64,000 nt of DNA from a bacterium (GTDB lineage Bacteria > RBG-13-61-14 > DATKZS01). Shown here piece after piece: positions 56,990 to 64,000 of the stretch (positions are counted from its first letter, which is position 1; every line of letters begins with the position of its first letter). The DNA lies in NCBI GenBank assembly GCA_963674965.2, contig CAXXFL010000001.1, forward strand, positions 416,001-480,000. The letters are read 5' to 3'. A program made the translations under genes and the position numbers. The notes below the pieces were generated by a model. That model ran no database searches and was not told the origin of the DNA. It saw only the letters and a list, made by a program, of their open reading frames with translations.

Positions 56990-59101
56990 CTAACCTTTTA
57001 AGACGAAGTTGATCCGCCTTTTCTCCACGCTGGCCGAATGGATGACCACCACCACATCGTCGCCCACGCGGTAGTCCCCCTCCGGCGTCGAGAGGGTCAT
57101 CTTCTCCTCGACGTAATAAACGTCCCGGGAAATGGTTTCCGAGGGCACGAGACCCTCGATGAAGACGTCGGAAAGCTCGACGAAAAGACCGAACCGGGCC
57201 ACGCCGCTCACGATTCCTTTATGTACTTCGCCCAGGTGGCGGGCGGCGTACATGGCGCAATAAACGTCCACCATCTCGCGCTCGGCGTCCTCGGCCGCCC
57301 TTTCCCGCTCCGAGCAGTGAAGCGCCGCTCGGGAAAGCTCCTCGGGGGCGGCCTCCCGTCCTCCCCCCTCCGGCCTTTGCTCGGGAATAGCCCCGCCGGC
57401 CTTCTCCTCTCCCGACTCGACCGCGCCAAGCTCGGATTCCATAAGCCTCACCAGAAGCCGATGCACGATGAGATCCGGATACCTCCGAATCGGAGAGGTA
57501 AAGTGGCAATAAAGGGGAGCGGCCAGCCCGAAGTGCATGATCGGCTCGGCCGAATACCGGGCCTGGCTCATCGAGCGAAGACAAAGTATCTTCACCGCCC
57601 GGCCGTAGGGCGTATCCCTCGACTGATCGATAACGCGCTGGTAATCGGAGGGCTTTATATGTTCCGGCTCCGATCCGCGGCCGTACAGGACGATGCCGAA
57701 AGGTCCCAGAGCCGCCGCCAGGGACTCGACCGCGCCGGGCGGCGGCGGCTCGTGGATTCGGTACACCATAGGTTGGCGGGCGTCGGTCATGAAGGAGGCC
57801 ACCGCCTCGTTGGCCGCGAGCATGAACTCCTCGACCAGGCCGTGGCTCCAGGTTTGCTCTCTCCGCAGGACGTCCGTCACTTCGCCCGACTCGTCAAGCA
57901 CTACCTCGGCCTCGGGAACGTCCAGGTCGATCGAGCCGCGGGAGGCCCGGACCTTGCCCCGCCGCTCGGCCAGCTCGCGCATGATCTTTATCGCCTCCCA
58001 GGCGCCGGGAAATTGTTCCCGCAAGCCGGGGTCCTCGGCCATGGCCTCGACCTGATCGTAGGTCAGACGATGATCGCTCCGTATTACCGACCTGTACATC
58101 CTGGCCCGCTTTCTCAGGCCACTAGCGCTAAAGTCCATCTCCACCGTGACCGCCGGCCTGTCCTTTTCCGGCATGAGCGAGCAAAGGTTGGACGAAAGAC
58201 GCCCCGGCAGCATGGGCACGCACCGGCCGGGCAGGTAAACGCTGGTCGCCCGCTCATAAGCCTCATCGTCCATGGCCGAGCCGGGAGTGACGTAATGGCT
58301 CACGTCGGCTATGGACACCCAGGCCTTGAAGCCTCCCTTGCTCCTCTCAATGGCAAGCGCGTCGTCAAAGTCCCTGGCCGTCTCGGGGTCGATGGTGACG
58401 GTGAAGATATCGCGAAGGTCCGTCCGCCCCGCGACCTCCGAGTCCGGGATACCATCGGGAAAGGAGTCCGCCTCGGCCAGCACCTCGGGTAAAAACTCCT
58501 CGGAGAAGCCGCGGGAACGAAGGGCAACCCGAGCCTCGAGGCCGGGATCGCCCGCCGCCCCGAGGACCTCGAGCACCTTGCCGTGGATGCCCCGAGCGTT
58601 CCGCTTCGTGACGCGGACCATGACCACGTCGCCGACCTCGGCCTCCCCCGAGTCGGCGGCGTGGACCCTAACGTAAAACCGGAGCCGATCGTCGCGGGGC
58701 GTCACGCCCTCGCCGTCGAAAGCTCCAATGATGACCGAGTCGCCGTGCTCGAGGACCCTTAATACCTCGCCCGAGGTCTTGCCCTCCGGACCGCGCTCCC
58801 TGATCCTGGCCTCGACCCGGTCGCCGTGGATGGCGTCGTTAACGTAGCGGGCGGGAATGAAAAGGTCTTCCTCCTCCCCGGAATCGGGACGCACGAAACC
58901 GTAGCCCTGTGGGTTGCTCTGAAAGAAGCCGATGATTGCCGGACCGCCGCCCTTGACCGCCCTCGACTTTTTCGTCGCTCCCCACTTCATGCCCGAGGAA
59001 GGACCGCCGCCGGCTTTGCCATTATGCCCCTTTTTCCCGGCCCCGGCCCTTGTTTTTTTTCCGGCCCCTTTGCCGGACGATCTTTTTCCACGTCTTTTCA
59101 A
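56990..59101 (-). CDS. rnr: Ribonuclease R
   Basis: GYGFV, A.HGDRV, TIDPETARDFDDA, IADVSHYV, RATSVY, VEEFMLAANE, HFTSPIRRYPDL.VHR and an S1 domain. TTG start after AAAGGAG. Confidence 0.93.
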   Translation of the reverse strand: MKRRGKRSSGKGAGKKTRAGAGKKGHNGKAGGGPSSGMKWGATKKSRAVKGGGPAIIGFFQSNPQGYGFVRPDSGEEEDLFIPARYVNDAIHGDRVEARIRERGPEGKTSGEVLRVLEHGDSVIIGAFDGEGVTPRDDRLRFYVRVHAADSGEAEVGDVVMVRVTKRNARGIHGKVLEVLGAAGDPGLEARVALRSRGFSEEFLPEVLAEADSFPDGIPDSEVAGRTDLRDIFTVTIDPETARDFDDALAIERSKGGFKAWVSIADVSHYVTPGSAMDDEAYERATSVYLPGRCVPMLPGRLSSNLCSLMPEKDRPAVTVEMDFSASGLRKRARMYRSVIRSDHRLTYDQVEAMAEDPGLREQFPGAWEAIKIMRELAERRGKVRASRGSIDLDVPEAEVVLDESGEVTDVLRREQTWSHGLVEEFMLAANEAVASFMTDARQPMVYRIHEPPPPGAVESLAAALGPFGIVLYGRGSEPEHIKPSDYQRVIDQSRDTPYGRAVKILCLRSMSQARYSAEPIMHFGLAAPLYCHFTSPIRRYPDLIVHRLLVRLMESELGAVESGEEKAGGAIPEQRPEGGGREAAPEELSRAALHCSERERAAEDAEREMVDVYCAMYAARHLGEVHKGIVSGVARFGLFVELSDVFIEGLVPSETISRDVYYVEEKMTLSTPEGDYRVGDDVVVVIHSASVEKRRINFVLKG

Positions 59102-59254
59102 TGGCGCTCCTTTCACCGATGGGTACATTGTCGCATGGACCGACCGAAATGTCGCGGCTCCCGGATTGCTTCTTGGGTAAATACTTACGGAGAAAGCCTT
59201 AATCAGGTCTGCTAAATTGCCGGCGAAGGGCCACGCGCGCTCCACCCCAAAACT

Positions 59255-60667
59255 TCATTCCCTGGGCTCGGGAACGTCGAGGCCGTATTTCTTCATCTTG
59301 CGCCAGAGGGTGGTGCGGTGCATGCCCAGTTCCTCGGCGGCTTTTTGCCTGTTGCCCCGCCACCGGGTGAGGGTTTCCTTGATGATGGCCTCCTCCGAGG
59401 TCCCCGGGCGGGAGGCGGTAATGGGCTGGGAGCCGAGTCTTTCCACCGCCTGGGTTATCTTGGCGGGAAGGTGCTCGACCTGGATGAAGTCGGAGTGGCA
59501 GAGCACGAAGGCGTGTTCGATGGCGTTCTCCAACTCCCGGATGTTCCCCGGATAATCGTAGCAACGAAGGACCCGGAGCGTCTCGGGCGCGGCGCCCTGG
59601 ATGGCCTTTCCCCGCTTGAGCGAGAACTTGCGGATGAACAGGTCCACCAGCATGGGCAGGTCCTCGATCCTTTCCCTGAGGGGAGGTATCTGCACGGTGA
59701 TGATATTGATCCGGTAAAACAGGTCCTCCCGGAAGGTCCCTTCCCCCACCATCTTCTCCAGGTCCCGGTTGGTGCTGGTGATGATGCGGGCGTCGGAATG
59801 GACCGTCTTGGTCGAGCCCAGGGGCTGGAACTCCCCGTTTTGCAGGACCCGTAAAAGCTTTACCTGCACGGACAGGGGCATCTCGCCTATCTCGTCGAGA
59901 AGGATGGTCCCGCCGTTAGCCGCGAGGAAAAGGCCCGACTTGTCGCGCTTGGCGTCGGTAAAGGCCCCCTTGGCGTATCCGAAGAGCTCGCTTTCGAGCA
60001 GGGTCTCGGGCAGCGCCGCGCAGTTGATACGGATGTATGGCCCCTCCTTGCGGGAGGAAAGCTTGTGCAGGGCCTGAGATATAAGCTCCTTGCCCGCGCC
60101 CGACGGTCCTTGAATCAAAACGTTGCAGCCCGATTCGGAAACCTCGGGCAGCAGGTTGTAGATGCGTTGCATTTTGGCGTTGGCTGAGGACAGGTTACCC
60201 GTTTCCTCGAGCTTGGAAATGCGGTCCCTAAGCACCTCGACTTGAGAGAGGTCCTGGAAAAACTCGACCGCCCCGGTCAGCCGGTCGCGGGAATCCCTAA
60301 GGACCGAGGTGCTGACGCTGATGGGTACCTGCCTGCCGCTCTTGGTGATGATGGTGGCCCGGACGTTGCGGTGGCTCTCTCCGTTTTTAAGGGTGTTTAA
60401 AAGAGCGCAACGCGAATGGCAGATGTCGCTGCGGAAGATATCGAAGCAAAAGTTGCCGATCGCCTCTTCCCGGGAAAATTCAGTAATTTTTTCAGCGGCT
60501 TGATTAAAGCTGGTGATACGGCAGTTTTTGTCCGTCGTAAAGACGCCGTCGTTGATGCTCTCGAGGATAAGCTCCGCTACTTTGGCGTCGGTAACGCTGG
60601 GGGCGCCGGTTTCCTCGAGTTGCGGCGATTCGGGTGGAACGTCTTTTTTAAGGAGATCGCCGTCCAT
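59255..60667 (-). CDS. PAS-domain sigma54-dependent activator with CX8CX3C motif (OrpR-like), paralogue of 21389-22750
   Basis: CFDIFRSDICHSRC, GPSGAGKE, ESELFGYAKGAFTDA, YPGNIREL and LGMHRTTLWRK motifs. Confidence 0.92.
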   Translation of the reverse strand: MDGDLLKKDVPPESPQLEETGAPSVTDAKVAELILESINDGVFTTDKNCRITSFNQAAEKITEFSREEAIGNFCFDIFRSDICHSRCALLNTLKNGESHRNVRATIITKSGRQVPISVSTSVLRDSRDRLTGAVEFFQDLSQVEVLRDRISKLEETGNLSSANAKMQRIYNLLPEVSESGCNVLIQGPSGAGKELISQALHKLSSRKEGPYIRINCAALPETLLESELFGYAKGAFTDAKRDKSGLFLAANGGTILLDEIGEMPLSVQVKLLRVLQNGEFQPLGSTKTVHSDARIITSTNRDLEKMVGEGTFREDLFYRINIITVQIPPLRERIEDLPMLVDLFIRKFSLKRGKAIQGAAPETLRVLRCYDYPGNIRELENAIEHAFVLCHSDFIQVEHLPAKITQAVERLGSQPITASRPGTSEEAIIKETLTRWRGNRQKAAEELGMHRTTLWRKMKKYGLDVPEPRE

Positions 60668-60796
60668 AAAAAACTCCTTTAATTACAACTGCATATCCCT
60701 TCCGGGATTCGGGAGTTGAAAGGTTCGAAACATTATAAATTTTAAAGTTCACAACAATAATATTACCCTATAATCATAGCATTTAACAGGTACAAT

Positions 60797-60822
60797 TGCA
60801 ACATTAACGTTGCATTAGTTGC
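60797..60822. promoter_or_regulatory. TGCAAC-N6-GTTGCA palindrome upstream of the second activator
   Basis: TGCAACATTAACGTTGCA (60797-60814) overlaps a further GCATTAGTTGC. Same GCAAC core as the motifs at 21.1 and 23.55 kb. Confidence 0.45.
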
Positions 60823-61334
60823 TGATATTACCGGACGGCATGGGAGGCTAATTGAATTTACGCGGACAAATCAATGGCTTCATTGTGGAAAGCTCGATTT
60901 GATGTGTCGTTACATGACTTTAATTTTTAAGAGCGACGGGCCTTATATCGACACAATTGGATAACGAACGTTATGGAGCGCGATTTACACTATAGGATGC
61001 TTTTTGCGATCCGACCATGAGGGATAATAATTACTCCATGAGACAAGGCCGCCTTACGAAAAAATCTGGGAGGTCCGGTTCGGACTGCGACTTGCCATCC
61101 ATTACCGCTGGTCCCCTTGCGCTATACATTCGGACAACGCTACAGTTTGAGTGCCCCCGTCCGCGTTGTTTTAGCTGGAGAGGCAGGTCGATAAAGTTTG
61201 TCGCCCCTATCGCCCGTTACCGCCCTTTCCATTTTTCAAACCACCGCAATAAGGAGCGTTCATCAATCAAATATGGCCTTTTTTCAAAGCTTCCTTGACA
61301 ATCCGGCGGGTAACGATAAACTATTAATTTTACT

Positions 61335-61901
61335 ATGGCAAGGGATATTAACGATCGGCTCGTGGTCGACGTCGGCCGGATTCCGGCAAATGGGCTCATT
61401 ATAGACGAGACTTTTCCCAGGGAATGGCTCACGAATATTCCCGAGTTCCTGGGCGACGGCGACACGCGGATAAACGGAGACTTAAAGGTCGCGGGCAAGG
61501 TGACCCTCGAGGGGGGCAACCTGCGCCTGAAGGGCTCGATCCATTATTTACTTTCAACCTTTTGCACCCGGTGCGGCGACCCGACCGAGGTACCCGTAAG
61601 CGGAGATATCGAGTTGACCCTTATTCCCGGCGAGGAGCCCGAGCTTCCCGACGGCTCCGAGATCGGCGACGACGAGACGGGCAGCGCCTATTTCCAGGGC
61701 GAGCGGGTGGACCTCAACCCTTACTTCAAGGAGGAGGCCGCCATCCAGATCCCGGTTCAGGCGCTTTGCCGTGATGACTGCAAGGGTCTTTGCCCGAAGT
61801 GCGGAGCCAACTTGAATCGCGAGAGCTGCTCGTGCGACAAGCAAAATGGAGACCCTCGTCTTCAGGTCCTTCGCGGCCTGAAGCTTGATGACGACCGGTA
61901 G
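61335..61901 (+). CDS. yceD: DUF177/YceD family protein
   Basis: CTRC and P...[21 protein letters not shown]....DPRL..L motifs. Directly upstream of rpmF. Confidence 0.92.
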   Translation: MARDINDRLVVDVGRIPANGLIIDETFPREWLTNIPEFLGDGDTRINGDLKVAGKVTLEGGNLRLKGSIHYLLSTFCTRCGDPTEVPVSGDIELTLIPGEEPELPDGSEIGDDETGSAYFQGERVDLNPYFKEEAAIQIPVQALCRDDCKGLCPKCGANLNRESCSCDKQNGDPRLQVLRGLKLDDDR

Positions 61902-61954
61902 TTGTCTTTTTCGAAAGCGGATTGCCGGCGAATAATTCTAGAATGGAGAATGAA

Positions 61955-62137
61955 ATGGCGGTACCTAAAAGAAGGAAATCCAGGACCAGGGCCAGGACAA
62001 GAAGGGCCCATGACGCCCTTACCCCCGCGGGCTACGTCGCTTGCCCGAACTGCGGCGAGACCAAGCTTCCCCACCGCATGTGCCCGAGCTGCGGCGAGTA
62101 CAAGGGCAGGCAGGTAAAGGAAGTGGAGGAGTCCTGA
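61955..62137 (+). CDS. rpmF: 50S ribosomal protein L32 (zinc-binding form)
   Basis: [11 protein letters not shown]...RRAH, CPNCG..KLPHR.CP.CG.YKGRQV. Confidence 0.97.
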   Translation: MAVPKRRKSRTRARTRRAHDALTPAGYVACPNCGETKLPHRMCPSCGEYKGRQVKEVEES

Positions 62138-62177
62138 TAAAGGTCGGCTCGAATACCCTCGCCAAGGCGGCCTGGTC

Positions 62178-63119
62178 ATGAGCGTCGCGGCGGTGGTGTT
62201 TCCCGGCCAGGGCTCGCAGGCCCTGGGCATGGGAAAGACCCTCTATGAAACCTTCGCCCCGGCCAGGGACGCCTTTGACAGGGCGTCCGAGGCCGCCGGT
62301 TTCGACGTGGCCGACCTTTGCTTTAACGGACCGGCGGAAAGGCTGGGACGGACCAGTTTCACTCAGCCCTGCGTTCTTACCGCCAGCGTCGCGGCGTGGG
62401 CGGTGCTCCTGTCCGAGACCGGCTTGCAACCGGCCGTGGCCGCGGGTCACAGCCTGGGAGAATACTCGGCCCTTTGCGCCGCGGGCGCGATTTCCCTCGA
62501 GGACGCGGTCAGGGCGGTGAACCTTCGAGGCAAGCTGATGGAGGAGGCCGCTCCCGACGGCGTTGGCGTTATGGCCGCCATTTTAAAGGCCACGGCCGCC
62601 GAGGTGGAGACGGCCTGCGCCGAGGCGGCGGGGGGCGAGATAGTCGTGCCGGCCAACTACAACTCCGAGCAGCAGACGGTCATCTCCGGACACGCCCAGG
62701 CGGTCGAGCGGGCCGCGGCCATCCTGAAGGAAAAAGGCGCCCGCGTCATGCCCCTCAAAGTGAGCGGACCTTTCCATACTTCCCTGATGGAGCCGGCGGC
62801 CGAGGGCATGAAAAGCCACCTGGAAAAGGTTTCCTTTTCCGACCCCTCTTTTCCCGTGGTGTCCAACGTGGACGCCGTACCCTATCCGTCAGCCGACTCG
62901 GCGGCCGAGATTCTCGTCAGGCAGATAACCAATCCCGTCAGGTGGCTCGAGGCCACCATGGAAATGGCCAACATGGGAGCGACCACCTTTATCGAGTCCG
63001 GACCCGGCTCCGTGCTGGCGGGACTGGTTAAAAGGGTCCGTCCCGAGGCGGTGGTCCTGCCCATGTCCGAGCCGTCGCACCTGGACGCCATTGCCAAGGC
63101 CCTTGCAAATGGCGGCTGA
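62178..63119 (+). CDS. fabD: Malonyl-CoA:ACP transacylase
   Basis: FPGQGSQ..GMG, TQP, GHSLGEY, ANYN...Q.VISG, VSGPFH and PVRW motifs. Confidence 0.96.
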   Translation: MSVAAVVFPGQGSQALGMGKTLYETFAPARDAFDRASEAAGFDVADLCFNGPAERLGRTSFTQPCVLTASVAAWAVLLSETGLQPAVAAGHSLGEYSALCAAGAISLEDAVRAVNLRGKLMEEAAPDGVGVMAAILKATAAEVETACAEAAGGEIVVPANYNSEQQTVISGHAQAVERAAAILKEKGARVMPLKVSGPFHTSLMEPAAEGMKSHLEKVSFSDPSFPVVSNVDAVPYPSADSAAEILVRQITNPVRWLEATMEMANMGATTFIESGPGSVLAGLVKRVRPEAVVLPMSEPSHLDAIAKALANGG

Positions 63120-63867
63120 CAAGTTCCTGGACGGAAAGGTGGCCCTTGTCACGGGAGGGGCCGCCGGAATAGGACGCGCCATTTCCCTCGCTCTGGCCCG
63201 GGCCGGGGCGGTCACCGTGGTGGCCGACGTGAAGATAGACGACTCGGAACAGGCGACCCATAAAATCATCCAGGCCGAGGGGGGCAAGGCCCGGTCACTC
63301 GAGCTTGACGTGTCCGATTTCGAGGCGGTAAAGGAATCCTTCAAAGACCTGGAAAAAGAACTGGGCGGCCTTTACGCCCTGGTGAACAACGCCGGCATAA
63401 CCGCCGACCAGCTTATGGGGCGCATGAGCCGGGAGCAATGGGACAAGGTGATCGGCGTCAACCTGGGCGGCTGCTTCAACTGCTGTCGGGCCGCTTCCCG
63501 CGTCATGCTCAAGGGCCGGGAAGGAAGGGTAATCAACGTGTCCAGCGTGGTGGCCCGCATCGGAAGACCCGGCCAGGCCAACTACGCGGCCTCGAAGTCC
63601 GGAATCGAGGGACTTACCAGGTCCCTGGCCATCGAGCTTGGCCACAGGGGCATTACCGTCAACGCCGTGGCTCCGGGATTCATCGACACGGACATGACCC
63701 GGGCCCTGCCCGAGGAAATGCTCGAGCGGTTCATCGAGAATATACCCCTGGGCCGGAGCGGGAGCATCGAGGAAGTGGCCCAGGCCGTCCTGTTCCTGGC
63801 CGGTCCGGGCGCCTCGTATATTACGGGCCAGACCCTCCACGTAAACGGCGGGTTGTATTTCGGCTGA
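63109..63867 (+). CDS. fabG: 3-oxoacyl-ACP reductase
   Basis: TGGAAGIG, VNNAGIT.D, GQANYAASK, VAPGFI.TDMT and YITGQ.LHVNGG motifs. Confidence 0.94.
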   Translation: MAADKFLDGKVALVTGGAAGIGRAISLALARAGAVTVVADVKIDDSEQATHKIIQAEGGKARSLELDVSDFEAVKESFKDLEKELGGLYALVNNAGITADQLMGRMSREQWDKVIGVNLGGCFNCCRAASRVMLKGREGRVINVSSVVARIGRPGQANYAASKSGIEGLTRSLAIELGHRGITVNAVAPGFIDTDMTRALPEEMLERFIENIPLGRSGSIEEVAQAVLFLAGPGASYITGQTLHVNGGLYFG

Positions 63868-63958
63868 TACCCGGTTAAAATTTACCGTGCCGGCGGAGAG
63901 TGGCCAAACGGGACTCGCCGCCGCTTGAGCGCCTATAAATACTTTTTGGAGGCCATTC

Positions 63959-64000
63959 ATGGCGGTTACCGATCGCATTATCGCTTTGATTATAAAGCAC
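63959..64000 (+). CDS. acpP: Probable acyl carrier protein (5' end only)
   Basis: GGAGG RBS then MAVTDRIIALIIKH. Position after fabG. Only 14 codons visible. Confidence 0.5.
   Translation, partial: MAVTDRIIALIIKH

Noticed and set aside
60973-60990. TGGAGCGCGATTTAC as a sigma54 promoter for the second activator
   Set aside because: Lacks the conserved -12 GC and no credible gene follows.

Overview
A 64 kb GC-rich bacterial chromosomal segment. Gene content suggests an anaerobic deltaproteobacterium-like organism (inference). The housekeeping backbone includes a partial Fur/PerR gene, dinB, rimO, purF, rnr, a tRNA sulfurtransferase-like gene and yceD-rpmF-fabD-fabG-acpP, with no plsX or fabH. 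There are several lipid, ester and glycoside enzymes. AT-rich accessory modules are a SocA-like/DUF488 two-gene pair (2.3-3.9 kb), an orphan immunity-like gene, and a short lipobox-Hint-toxin gene followed by three immunity-like genes (10.9-13.5 kb). These modules sit beside clusters of a degenerate GGGTG(G/A)C-hairpin REP-like repeat family. The most striking unit spans 14.3-23.6 kb. A PAS[CX8CX3C]-sigma54 activator (OrpR-like) lies between two predicted -24/-12 promoters that share an upstream 12-bp motif. One promoter precedes a NifX/DUF1847 gene and an Hmc-like membrane redox operon with duplicated cytochrome b subunits and an NrfD-hexaheme cytochrome c fusion. The other precedes an intact REP-associated tyrosine transposase homologue that has lost its HUH motif and gained a Cys-rich insert, a candidate domesticated transposase. 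Other candidates are a TetR / oleate-hydratase-like / non-canonical radical SAM / START-domain lipid-modification locus and a signal peptidase I homologue lacking both catalytic residues. No rRNA, tRNA or CRISPR array was recognised. All family assignments come from motif recognition by eye, not database searches.
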